A stretch of 64,000 nucleotides of DNA. It comes from Octopus sinensis. Taxonomy: Eukaryota. Under the pieces are notes generated by a model. The model saw only the letters and a list, made by a program, of their open reading frames with translations, had not been told where the DNA came from and ran no database searches. A program made the translations under genes and the position numbers. The first letter of the stretch is position 1. Every line of letters starts with the position of its first letter. The DNA lies in NCBI RefSeq assembly GCF_006345805.1, contig NC_043003.1, positions 12,648,001 to 12,712,000 of the forward strand, read 5' to 3'. Below, in pieces: positions 1-11,470 of the stretch.

Positions 1-360
1 GCAACAATTTAGATTCAAATGAATATGGCACTTAATTTTGATGCACCAGAATTTTTTATGGTGTTACCCATAAAAATATGCGGGGTGATTATAATCAAAA
101 ATAAGCAACAAGAATGAATTCGGTAATTTAGTACAATTGTTTCATACTACAACATTTTATTAAAAGCTGTAAATATTACAGCAGATTTAAGATGTTATTA
201 ATTGATCTGAGAACTTTATATTATTGGAAAACCTATATAAAATTAGCTGAAGATTACTTGGCATCTTAAATCTGGTGTAATATTTACAGCTTTTAATAAA
301 ATGTTGTAGTATGAAACAATTGTACTAAATTACCGGATTCATTCTTGTTGCTTATTTTTT
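1..360. mobile_element. Fold-back (palindromic) Penelope-like/retrozyme-like element, cut by the window start
   Basis: Inverted arms 97-194 and 262-359 (98 nt, 2 mismatches) are followed by (TA)n. The left flank (gatgcaccagaa...tatggtgtta.ccata...ggggtgattataa) is homologous to 19075-19188. Contains a hammerhead fold. Confidence 0.7.
243..328 (+). ncRNA. Type-I hammerhead ribozyme fold with extended stem II
   Basis: Stem I ttag/ctaa, core CTGAAGA (247-253), stem II tact..ggcat/atgtt..agta with inner hairpin tgtaa/ttaca, GAA (313-315), palindromic stem III ACAATTGT, predicted GUA cleavage after 324. The first stem II pair is a U-U mismatch. Confidence 0.65.
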
Positions 361-727
361 ATATATATATATATATACGTACAAACACACGAGGGGCTTC
401 TTTCAGTTTCCGTCTACAAAATTCACTCGCAAGCAGCGCCGCTGGATTAACCATAATGCAAAATAAGCACGTACTTAGGGCATCGAATGAAGAGTGAGTC
501 ATCACAGAAATAGTAAATGGTTTACAGCACAAAAGAAATCACTAAATTTGCTTAAATCTTATATGAAGTAACCAGAAATATAATTTCGAAGTGTTCATGG
601 TGTCGCAATGAAGATGTGATCAAAGACTGCAATTAAAAAGAATGAGAAAATTTGGAAGTATACAAGAATAAAACATTATTTTCCATCTTACTGTTAGATT
701 CGTTTTATTTTGAAAAATAAAAATTTT

Positions 728-1110
728 AGGTGCTGGAGTGGCTGTGTGGTAAGTAGGTTGCTTACCAACCACATGGTCCCGTGTTCAGTCCCACTGCGTG
801 GCACCTTGGGCAAGTGACTTCTACTATAGCCGTGTGAGTGGATTTGGTTGACGGAAACTGGAAGGAGCCCGTCGTATATGTGTATATATGCGTATATGTT
901 TGTGTGTCTGTTTGTCCCCCCCCCCCAGCATCGCCTGACAGCCGATGCTGGTGTGTTTACATCCCCATAATGTAGCGGTTCGGTAAAAGACCGATAGAAT
1001 AAGTACTAGGCTTACAAAGAATAAGCTCTGGGGTCGATTTGCTCGACTATAAAGGCGATGCTGCAGCATGGCCGCAGTCAAATGACTGAAACAAGTAAAA
1101 GAGTAAAGAG
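728..1110 (+). mobile_element. tRNA-derived SINE family A (head, internal TA/TG microsatellite, tail ending gactgaaacaagtaaaagag)
   Basis: Near-identical copies throughout the window, with A/B-box-like head (gtggctgtgtggt...gttcagtccc). Confidence 0.9.
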
Positions 1111-1960
1111 TATGGTTTATTATTGTTTATATTTTGAATTCTATATATACGGGGGCACCAAAATATTTAAAGTGCTTACGATGTCTATGGGTCTTAATTC
1201 AGCCCTGTTCGCAAGGTATTAGTTGAAGGAGTAGAGGACACTTGGTTGTGGCGTCACGCAATGAGATTGAACTGGACACCAAGTGGTTGCAAAACAAGTT
1301 TCTTTACCACAGAATCATGTGGAATATGTTTAGCTTATTTTCTTCCAAATTGGTTGCAATGTAAAATGTTGAGGCCATGAAAAATTATACAAAAGCCTAA
1401 AAAATCATTAGATTTTATCAAGATGTTTGTTCAGTTCTTCCCGTTTTTTTTTATCTTGTTTAACACCACCACCCACCCCACCCCACCCTATCGGTTTTGT
1501 TAATTCAGTCTCATTATCTTGATTAATCGATTTGCAGAGGAAACTCTTAAACAAGGGACGTAATTACTGCTGTACTTCTGTTAGCGATGGGAGATAACTG
1601 CTGTTCGCCGCCGATCGCTGAGTCTCATCCCGAGTCAGCCCTAATCAAGCAGATGAGCAAAGACATTCCATTTGTGACTACCCCATTCTTTTCTAGAGCT
1701 AGAACTACATTGTTCAGAGTATCTTTTACTTTTGTAAGATGGTGGGGTGTGATTTGAGAGAGATTTAGTGGTTATTTCTAACATTACGATCGACTTGTTT
1801 ATTAGACTATGGCCCGCGTATTTCGTTTTTATTTCAAAGAGAAGCTGAACTTTACTTAAATATTAGTTTTTTTTTTTGTATTTCGACCTTAGTGTTTCCT
1901 TCAATAACATACATACGCTTGTCTAGTTTTATTTTCATCTGATTATCAAGACAAATCGTG

Positions 1961-2239
1961 GCACTCCGTCGGTTACGACAACGAGGTGGCTGAGCGTTCC
2001 ACAGACACGTGCACCCTTAACGTAGTTCTCGGGGAGATTCAGCGTGACACAGAGTGTGGCAAGGTTAGCCCTTTGAAATACAAGTACAACAGGAAGGAAG
2101 AGTACAGCAGGGTTCACCACCACCCCTTGCCGTGACTCGTGGAGCTTTAGGAATTTTCGCTCAATAAACACTTAAGACGCCTGGTCTGGGAATCGAAACC
2201 GCGAGTCCGCTGCCCTAACCACTGGGTCATTGTGCCTCC
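1961..2239 (-). mobile_element. tRNA-derived SINE family C
   Basis: Reverse complement of 44279-44595, with a tRNA-like head containing ggttcgattcc. Confidence 0.8.
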
Positions 2240-3039
2240 ACATCAAGTCAAATATAGAGTTTGCATTAAGTCTCAGCGGTGGCTGGTCTGCTTGTTTTTT
2301 AAACGGCGGTGCATCAGCATGGCCGCAGCTCTGAACTGAAACAAGAAAAACGTAAAACGATATTAGGCAATTTTTTTTTTTTGTATAATCTATTGCATGG
2401 CATTTCCAAAGTCCCCCACCGTACACGCACTCAACACTGGAAGAATTATCAGTTTTACTTTATTTTACAAAGAAAACAGTAAATTTTGAAAAAGAATAAA
2501 CAAAACAAACTGTAAGGAAATATAGTAAAAACGGAACCCGATGGAAATCAAACTAAAAGCATGAACTTGCCCTCAATTGTTGAGCTTCACCTCGTTGGGG
2601 CTAGAGCGTGTTGGAGAGGAGAAAATGTTTGCTACCAAAGCAAAGTGAACAGCATAAAGGAAGCAGGGAAGAGATAGAGGAGCATTTATGTAAACCCAGA
2701 GCCGGAAACATTTGGGCAACGCTGCCTGAGCTCAGGATACCGAAGTGAACTTTACATTGACCGGCCTTTCCAGTTTCTCAAAAATTAGATTGTCGACGAA
2801 ATACAGAGACGGCAATAATATGAATAAAGGGCAACTCTCAGAACATTAAACTAACTTTAGAGATACACAAAACAATCTCTAAGAATATAAAAGCCAAGAT
2901 AGCGCTCAATTACATTAATGTTTTTGAGTAATTGCTTGAACGTAGATATCTTAGAAAGATCAGTTCGGAAGCAAGATTGGAAATTGGGATGTAGTGGAGA
3001 TCCGGATTATGTGGGATAATTAAATAAAAACATTAATGC

Positions 3040-3263
3040 GCCCTTTTAGAGCGTAGCCAGGCTCGTAGGCCCGGTTTCAATGGCGTATGTGTTCCCCAGT
3101 TGGACGGGACGCCAGTCCATGGCAGCGTTACTCATTTTTGCCAGCTGAGTGGACTGGAGCAAGTGTTTTGCTCAAGAACACAACGCGTCGCCCGGTCTAG
3201 GAATCGAAACCACAAGCTTACGATCATGATGCTGACACCCTAACCACTAAGCCACGCGCCTCC
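3040..3263 (-). mobile_element. tRNA-derived SINE, family C-related head
   Basis: Minus strand reads ggaggcgcgtggcttagtggttaggg...ggtttcgattcc...gtgttcttgagcaaaacactt. Confidence 0.7.
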
Positions 3264-4539
3264 ACAATGTGCGATAATAAAATCTGTTAGATGTTCCCGG
3301 GTGCTGTTCAGTTACTTCTACACGCAGCCTTAGAAACATATTTCCATTCATTAACTCAACCAGCTTCCACAATAGCCAACAATAACAACACTCTCACACG
3401 ACATAAGTAACACGATAAAATAAAAAAGACGTTAATAGTACTGAGAGATCAGCTGTCGTCATTGGACTGATTCGCGCTGAATCTGTTATTAAAATATAAG
3501 TTGAAGAAGATAAGTAACTGGTAATTTTACAATTGAAAGGAAGTAACTCAATACATTAAATTACGCCATCTTAAGACGTAAGACAAATTATTTTACATAA
3601 AATATCACAGAATTCTAGAAAAGTTCGCTGCAGGAAAATTAGTCTCAGGAAGTTTGGCCGTAGGAAAGTTCGCCGCAAGACAACGATGAGTTGCCTCCCT
3701 TGGTACATAATTGCTTCAACCAATAAGAAGCGTTGTAAAAGCAATTGGATTTAGTTAAAGTTCATTCGCGAAATCAACCTTCTTTAATTTTGCTCAGATT
3801 GTCTTCAATTTTGGAGGGATCTGTTTGCTACCAAAGAAAAGGGAATATCATAAAGGAAGCAGGGAAGAGATAGAGGAGCAGATTTTTTAATTAATTTTTT
3901 TAAAACTAAACAGTTTGAAACTTAGAATACTGGTAGAATTTCTCACGTAGGACACGGGCTACTCTTAACGTTTTTTTATTATTTATTTTTATATGCATCT
4001 CTGCCTGAACTGTGTATGTACTGCCATGAAACTTTACAACGCATTTCAAAGTTTAATATTCCGCATTAAAATTAATTTAATCTTTATCCGGTTGTATTGT
4101 TTTTTTTTCCTTTTGCTTACATCGTATACATGCTTCGTTATGGGTTAGATTGAGGTTAGAGCTACGGTTCAGAATTAGAGTTAGGTGACATGCTGAAGTG
4201 TAAATGGCCACGTATACTCTATGCTTAAAGTGGCACTAAAGATTAATTGAAACAGATTACCTATCAGAAATTAAGTCATGAAAGAGTTAGCAGTGTCAAC
4301 ACTTTACATCACATTTCTATGTTTCTGAGGGCAATAAAATAAAATATGGTTAATGTTCACATTATTACCCGGAAACAAAATCGAGAAAAAAAAATTAGTG
4401 CAAACGGGCGTAAGAAAAGGTGTAGCAACGGGGGTGGGGAGAGGCCTTCGGAAAATTCACAAGATCCGATGTTTTTACCTCATAACTTTTAGAAAAATCG
4501 ATATCTTTCTTATTTCTTTATTATCCAGAATGGGCTAAA

Positions 4540-4912
4540 CACAGAGGATACAAACACGGACAAACTGATTAAGTCGATTACATCGACTCAAGTGCGTAAC
4601 TGGTACTTATTTAATCGACCCCGAAAGGATGAAAGGCAAAGTCGATCTCGGCGGAATTTCAACTCAGAACGTAACGGCAGACGAAATACCTATTTCTTTA
4701 TTATCCACAAGGGGCTAAATATAGAGGGGACAAACAAGGACAGACAAACTGATTAAGACGATTACATCGACCCCAGTGCGTAACTGGTACTTATTTAATC
4801 GACCCCGAAAAGATAAAAGGCAAAGTCGGCCTCGGCGAAATTTGAACGTAACGGCAGACGAAATACGGCTACGCATTTCGCCCGGCGTGCTAACGTTTCT
4901 GCCAGCTCACCG
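4540..4912 (-). mobile_element. SINE family B, tandem partial copies
   Basis: Reverse complement of ggcgagctggcagaaacgttagcacgccggg...gcctttcatcctttcggggtcgat. Unit repeated head to tail. Confidence 0.85.
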
Positions 4913-4999
4913 AAAATCTATGTCTTTCTACTTCACACCCACGTAGGAAACGAATCTGAGAACAAAAATGCACGGAATGCTGTCCTTGAGGTAAAATTC

Positions 5000-5093
5000 G
5001 AAACCGTTACTAGTACTGTTATGGAATGGCTGCCATTGTGACAAAATTTTGCCACAGGGGCAGCAATTCCATAACAGTACTAGTAACGGTTTC
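5000..5093. other. 94-bp near-perfect palindrome with no spacer
   Basis: Arms 5000-5046 and 5047-5093 match at 43 of 47 positions. Confidence 0.9.
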
Positions 5094-5878
5094 CGATTTA
5101 GCCACAGTGGTAGCAATTCCTATGTTTTCGATGTGAGGTAAAATGGTGACAGAGACCCATGGTGGACCGTTTCACAAATTTTTGACCGCAGTCTGACCAT
5201 TCCACGAAGGCGTCATTCAGTTTGATCGCTCTTCTTCAGAGACTTTCAGCGTTCGTTGAGAAGTAAAACAGGACAGTGTGCTTTCTTCACATTATTCGGG
5301 ATCTTCTTCGCTGTCACGAATCCATACAATCAGAAAAGGGAATAAAAGAATATCTTCAACTTGCATTCTAAACACATTTAAGTCATGGGATATAAATTTA
5401 GAGTAACGATTTTAACATGTAAATGGTATTAAAGTATTTCGTTTTGGGATTTGGTTTCCAAGATTCTTTATGAGTTCGTGTGTTGAAGCATATTCTGTTG
5501 TGTCTGGGGAGAGTAATTTTCTTTTTGTGCCTTATTATTTAACACACTCACCAATAAAATTTCCACTTTTTTATTATTTTTATTTTCCTAAAATTTTCGT
5601 TGCGTCTTGCAACCTTTTCAATAGTTTTGACTATTAAAGTAATTTATAAGAAAATCTTTAATTCAATACATTCATATGCTTTGATGAATACCTCTATTTT
5701 GTAATAATATTTCCATTTCCATCTCTATATAATTTTAAATCAGTTGAATTTGGTTATTTTTGTACAATGGAAATCTAACACAAACATTTCCAACTGAAGA
5801 TTTAAATCGAGTGGATTTGTTTCAAGGGGAAACATTTTCTATCGACACCGCTTCTGGTTAGAGTTACTGGCCCTCATT

Positions 5879-5887
5879 CAAGATGGC
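5879..5887 (+). promoter_or_regulatory. YY1-like motif CAAGATGGC overlapping the MRPL27 start codon
   Basis: Matches the YY1 core (AAGATGGC), which often overlaps the ATG of housekeeping genes. Motif match only. Confidence 0.4.
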
Positions 5888-5937
5888 CAACCTTTTAGGT
5901 TTTTCTCGTTTAATGACGGGAGTTTCAAGACAAATTG
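5883..5937 (+). CDS. MRPL27: Mitochondrial ribosomal protein L27, coding exon 1 (MANLLGFSRLMTGVSRQI, putative targeting peptide)
   Basis: ATG in caagATGg context, 55 nt, then donor GTGAGT at 5938. Phase 1 matches the exon 2 acceptor. Arg/Leu/Ser-rich with no acidic residues, as expected of a presequence. Not in the ORF track. Confidence 0.8.
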
Positions 5938-6417
5938 GTGAGTTTTATCGATTCTATTAGCTATTGCTTTGTTTTCAGGGTGTCACTATCATATGTTGTA
6001 TTAAATCATAGACACAGTGTTGAGCTACAACATATCTGTAAGCTGCTTTTTAATTTCTCATCTAATTATTGGAACCAGTCTTAGACTTTTAATTATGAAA
6101 TTCTTGTCAAGGACGAAATCGGTTTCAATTTTTAATTTACTTTTGTTGCTGAGATAAAAAAAAACAAACATATTTTGACAGTAAATTAATTGAGATATTT
6201 AAATGTGAATGATTGTTCAATCTTAATTTTAATATACTTTTATGTAAACTGTTTGACTGACCTTCAATACAATTTAATATCAATAACAAGAAAGTAAAGG
6301 CATAACTACAGAAACGTGCCCCACCGACTTTGTTTCCCCGTAACTCACTGGAAACTGAATACTTTTTAATAAAAATTTATATAAATACTTTTCAGATGGT
6401 ATAGATTGCGATTGTGC

Positions 6418-6622
6418 GGTACTGTTTAAGAAGAGTGGTCCTGGTGCGCTCACTCGCGTACCCGCGCTAGCTAGTCGTGACTAGTCGATCCTACAACGAC
6501 TACCTAGCAAAGTAAATAAAACACAAAATAAATAATTTTTTTACACAAAGTAAGTAATTTTTTTAAAACAAAGTAAGGATCGACTAGTCATGACTAGCTG
6601 CGCACTCTTCTTAAATAGTACC
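6418..6622. mobile_element. MULE-like MITE in MRPL27 intron 1
   Basis: TIRs ggtactgtttaagaagagtg / cactcttcttaaatagtacc plus inner inverted ctagtcgtgactagtcgatcct. 9-bp flanks cgattgtgc (6409-6417) / cgattatgc (6623-6631). A partial second copy starts at 54437. Confidence 0.7.
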
Positions 6623-7128
6623 CGATTATGCCGAGTGTATCTCATCAAGTATGAGGAAACAGTCGAGTTGTGTGACTCCACAATCTGAAGCGTATTTGTT
6701 AAAAACTTTGTTAAAAAGTATCCATGTCTCAGAAAGTTATGAGGAAACAAATTCAGGTGTATGATTTATCTGAAACTCTTTCCCGCCCCAACGGAAGAGT
6801 TTTCCTTAACAAATTCCACTCCAACCCTAATATATACCATCTAATCTCTGTATCTCTGTAAAATTTCGAGACATTATGAGGAGACAATGTCAGGTTGGGC
6901 ACACCTAAAGGAGCAAATCATAATTTCAATTACTAACCACAAAAGTCTCTTGAATCGTAACCAAAAACTCAGATGAGCTAATGTGGGAGCTATTACATGC
7001 TAGAAATAGTAGTCTAAACTTCATTAGATCACACTTTATTTGTTGAAAAAGTTGAACGCATTTGATAATCTAGTACTTTAAGTAAAAAAAAAAAAAAAGA
7101 TAAGAAAGTCTGGAACGCCTTTCTTCAC

Positions 7129-7320
7129 CATCATCATTTAATGTCCATTTTCCATGCTGGCATGGGTTGGACAGCTTGACAGAAACTGGCAAAGCCAAGA
7201 GCCACACCAGATTCCATAGACTGCTTAGCTTGGTTTCTATGGCTGGGTCCCCATCCGAATGCCAACCACTTTACAGCATATACTGGGTGACTTTTACTTG
7301 ATGCCATGCGTAGAGGGAAA
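7129..7320 (-). mobile_element. (GAT)n-tailed retro-repeat (RTE-related tail)
   Basis: catcatcat...ccatgctggcatgggttggac...gccaaccact motif, also at 7862-8103, 11175-11340 and 12320-12780. Confidence 0.6.
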
Positions 7321-7644
7321 GTGAGAGAAGCCCTTTGTATGTATATGTATGAGTGTGTGTGTGTGGTTGTAAGTTGGTGTCTCCTTGTCTTGATGGCAAG
7401 TGATGTCCTTCCTTTACAATCTTTCATGAAACCGTGTCCAGTCATGGGGGGAAAAAAGTTACCAGGTAAGGGTTGGTAAAAGGAAGAGCATCCGTTTGTA
7501 GAAAATATTCCTCAACAAATTCCATCCTACCCATGCAAGCATGGAAAATTGGATGCTAAATGATGATGATGATGATTAATTTTGTTGTTTCAAAATTGGA
7601 TGACACTAAAATTGATTTAATTTTCCCACATTGATGTTAACCAG

Positions 7645-7823
7645 GTTTGTCTGATAGCATTGCTGTCAGATGGGCTTCAAAGAAGGCAGGAAGCAACACA
7701 AGGAACAAAGTTGGCAGTACACCTGGCAAAAGCAGGGGATTGAAGAAAAAAGAAGGTTCATTCATCCATAAAGGCGAAGTCATTTTTACCCAGCTTGGAC
7801 TGAGATATTATCCAGGAGAGAAT
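7645..7823 (+). CDS. MRPL27: Mitochondrial ribosomal protein L27, coding exon 2
   Basis: Acceptor ccAG (7643-7644), donor GTAAGT (7824). Peptide GLSDSIAVRWASKKAGSNTRNK...GLKKKEGSFIHKGEVIFTQLGLRYYPGEN matches the bL27 N-terminal motif (ASKK.G.S.RN, G.K...G..V..G.I...Q.G....PG.NV). Confidence 0.95.
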
Positions 7824-8479
7824 GTAAGTAACAGATCTTTTTTCCAGTCTATCACTTGGTTCTTCTTTTATATTTTCAGCACCCGGGTTGGTTCCCTGTA
7901 AAAAGCACCAGTACTTGTGTCACGTGAAAGGCGCCCAGTACACTCTGTAAAGTGGTTGGCATTCGGAAGAGCATCCAGCCATAGAAACCTTGCCAAAACA
8001 GACAGTTGGAACTTGGTGCAGCTCCTCAGCTGGCCAGCTTCTAACAGACCATCCAACCCATGCCAGCATGGAAAACAGACGTTCAGTGATGATGATGATG
8101 ACTTGTTTCAGTCATTAGGCTGTGGCCATGCTGGAGCACCATCTTGAAGGGTTTAGTCAAACTGTGTCTATTTTTTTAAAGTCTCCTACTTATACTATTG
8201 GTCTTTTTTTGCCAAACCGCTAAGTTACAGGGACATAAATCAATGCAGGTTGTTAGGCTGCATAACAGGGTGAACTTGTGGGGACAAACATATATACGAT
8301 GGGCTTCTACACAGTTTCCATCTACCAAATCCACTCACATGGCACTAGCGGGCCTGGGGCTATTGTTGAAGACATTTGCCCTGGGTACCATACAGTGGGA
8401 CTGAACCTGAAACCATATGGTTGCAAAGCAAGCTTCTCAGTCACACAGCCATACCTGCACCTTACCAGAAAGCTTGTCA

Positions 8480-8810
8480 TCCATCCGTCTTTGTTGCCCA
8501 CTATTCCTGGGTGGGTTTTTGGGGATAGAGTTCTCTGGGCTCTCCTTGGGTTCTGTCATTAAACTTCCCTGCTCGGTTCCCAAGTCTGACCAACAGAAAT
8601 AATGGATATTGTCCAAACATTTCACACTTGGTCTTCCCATAGGTCTCCTGCCTCTTGGCTTTGCTTGAAGAACCTGTGTTGTGATCCTTTCCACATGTCC
8701 ATAGTACTGGAGCTGTGACTTTTTCTCAGTGCAAAAAAGTACTGTATCAGCCTGGAGAGATTCCCTGATTTTTAAGCTTTGCAGTCCTTTTAGGCGATGT
8801 TACTCCAGTG
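8480..8810 (-). mobile_element. RTE-clade LINE 3' fragment in MRPL27 intron 2
   Basis: Translates EKSQLQYYGHVERITTQVLQAKPRGRRPMGRP, the typical RTE ORF C-terminus (L.W.GHV.R...GRRP.GRP). Confidence 0.7.
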
Positions 8811-9689
8811 ATCCTTTATAGAAATCCTATTTCAGCTAGTTCATCAGATATATTTTTTGTTCTTGTCTTTGTTTTATTTATTTTACCCTGTAGCTTTGGG
8901 GACGACCACAAGGTCCAGTTTTTGTTGTGATGTTGTAGCTTGTGTGCCTTAATGATCCTGAGAGCTATACCACAAGAGTGCAAGCACCTGGTAAGATCTC
9001 TCATGCTGGTCAGGTCTAAGGAAAGAGGTCAGACTAATAGGGACTACCCCTGCCCAGATGTAAAGAAGGGGTTTGCTTAGGACCAACACCCCTACATAGT
9101 GAAAAGCAAATTACTGAAGCATTGATGACAAAAACCACCAAGACCTGAGAGAAGAAGGCCTTTCCTTGGGAAAATGTAAAGTCTGAAGAGAGTACAAAAT
9201 CTGTATTACATATCAGACCCTGACTTTGAACCAGCAAAGGGAACGGGTAAGAGCTGATGGTCTGAAAATAGCTGGAAGCGAGAAATTGAGGTAGAGCTGA
9301 AAAAGCTGGGATCCAGCCAGAAAGGATGTGGGAAGACTGCTGAGTCAAGAACAGCAGAGAAAGTCATCAATGGCCTAGGCTCCTTATGGAGCCTAAGTCA
9401 TTGATGGAGAAAGGGCAATTCCTGTGTCATTTTCCAGAACCTGAAAGATTGATGGGAGGAAGAGAGAATATTATCTTTAGACTCTTGAGATTGGGTCCAG
9501 TTGCTTGCACCAGTATGGCCTCAACCAGATAAATGCAGAGGCTAGGTGGTGCTGTTAAATGGCTGACTGATTAAGTCTATTCCTTTTACAGTAATGTAAA
9601 AATCTGTTTCATGTTTAAAGATCTTCAAATATCCATTTGTTTGCCTTGTTTAAATGATTCATTTTTTTTTTTTTTCCTGTTTCCTTCAG

Positions 9690-9884
9690 GTTGGTTTGCT
9701 GCGAGACAAAACGTTAGTGGCGTTATGTGATGGCAAAGTGATGATATCCCACGAGTACCTTGATCCATTCCCTGATAGTCCTCTCTATGAACCTGTCAAA
9801 AAGGGCGTCCTTATACGCAAAAAATTCTTTCATGTTATCCCAGTCCCACTACATGCCAAGTTTCGCTTAGTTTCCCAAATCTAA
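9690..9884 (+). CDS. MRPL27: Mitochondrial ribosomal protein L27, coding exon 3 (to stop)
   Basis: Polypyrimidine tract and cAG (9688-9689), phase 0. VGLLRDKTLVALCDGKV matches bL27 VG.G.D.TLFAL.DG.V. TAA at 9882-9884. Joined CDS is 142 aa. Confidence 0.95.
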   Translation, partial: VGLLRDKTLVALCDGKVMISHEYLDPFPDSPLYEPVKKGVLIRKKFFHVIPVPLHAKFRLVSQI

Positions 9885-10945
9885 CCACCACCACCACCAC
9901 CACTACCACTACTAGTAAGGGAGGATGTTGACATTAGATGACATTTTGGCAACATCTGTGATGGACTGTTGATAGATACTCTGCTAAATTCTCTCATTTG
10001 TACGGAACCCAGGGAACAATTTCAGTTTCCTTTTGGAATTATTTATTATTATTTATGAACATTTTCAGTTCTTTTAAATCATAAAATGTTAAACATGACT
10101 TGGTCAATGCCTTGTTTTATTTACAACACCCTGCTACTGTGACCACATATACTCCCGGTTACATTTGGTGACATCTCTCTGGTCGACCAACACTCAAACA
10201 TACACATCTACATATACATGTGCATGTTTATGCACACATACACACGCCTAAACACCGGTCATCTTTCATATCATCTATTTTTGCTTACATTTTCATAATA
10301 ATAATAATTTCCTGCATTGACACCGAGTATATTACAGGTATCTGTTGTTTTTTTCTTTCATAATTTATATAAACTATTCATTTAGTTTTATAAATACTTT
10401 CTTGTTTTGTTCTATTTTATTTACTCATGTTTTCTATCGACAAAAGAAGTTCCAAGAAGGGCTGTAACAGCAAATTAAGAACTGACTCAGATTGGAGAAA
10501 CCCTCCTAACTCATGACAGCATGGAAAGTGGACATAAAAATGATGATGATGATTTCTGAAGTGGCTCTGAGTTCAGATCAGACTATGGTGAACTTTGTCT
10601 TTTATTCTTCTGGGGCTGATAGAATAAAAATGAGTCCTTCCTAACACCAACCACTCCAAGAGTGTAGTGGGGGTTGCAATCAACTGACCCCTTCTGTCAT
10701 ATTGTGTGTGTATTATGGGAGAGGGTTGGGTGATGTGTTTTTTGAGCAAAGTACTTCATTTCACATGGCTGCCAGCCACTCAACTGGCAAAAATTTGTGA
10801 ATATAATATGTACATCAGAGAAACTGGAAAACCATTCCTATGCTCCTTTGAGACTCATGTGGACTGACCATTAGAGAGAGAGTATTTGTGAGTGTAGAAT
10901 GCTCAGTCTTGGTAGCAGTTTCAGGAATTCTAATAACTGGTTGAA

Positions 10946-11146
10946 CTTTTTAGCATTTAAATCAGACATATTTGGCCAAAATGTTCAAAATGGTCAGATT
11001 CAGCTTTTCACACCTGTCCTACAATGTCATGCAAAAAGTAGACAATAACATCAAAATCTCAAAGCTATGAGATCATAAATGATTTGTTGAAAATAATTTG
11101 GGTAAATTAACATTAAATTTGACAGAGTAATCTGACTGCTAAAGGA
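10946..11146. mobile_element. piggyBac-type MITE, degenerate
   Basis: Ends cttttagcatt / tgctaaagga followed by TTAA. Same family as 31799-32019. Confidence 0.55.
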
Positions 11147-11470
11147 TTAAACTGAGCCGCCTTTGACTGTAATTCATCATCATCATCGTTGTTTAACATC
11201 TGCTTTCCATGCTGGCGTGGGTTGGACGGTTTGATTGAGGACTGGTGAGCCAAAAGGCTGCACCAGGCTCCAATCTGATCTGGCAAAGTTTCTACAGCTG
11301 GATGCCCTTCCTAATGCCAACCACTCTGAGAGTGTAGAAGGGGGATCTAAATAAAATACTTGACCCTGTCCTTGTATTATGTGGCCATGTGTTTACTGAG
11401 GAGGCCAACTTACAGGTGAGTGACCTGTTTGGGGATCATGTAATCCATGAATGAAGAGTGCATTGAAGTA

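Noticed and set aside
824-1081. Recurrent ORFs containing [16 protein letters not shown] or RPRKDERQSRPRRNLNS
   Set aside because: Chance frames in SINE families A and B, repeated because the SINEs are repeated.
4140-4190. Telomere-like TTAGGG-type repeats (also ccctaaccct near 13640)
   Set aside because: Short, degenerate and embedded in interspersed repeats. Not an interstitial telomere array.
7824-7901. C-terminal extension of the 7647-7901 ORF (VSNRSFFQ...)
   Set aside because: Lies after the GTAAGT donor. L27 homology resumes at 9690.
10080-10085. CATAAA as MRPL27 polyadenylation signal
   Set aside because: Non-canonical hexamer in AT-rich sequence. It cannot be supported without 3'-end data.
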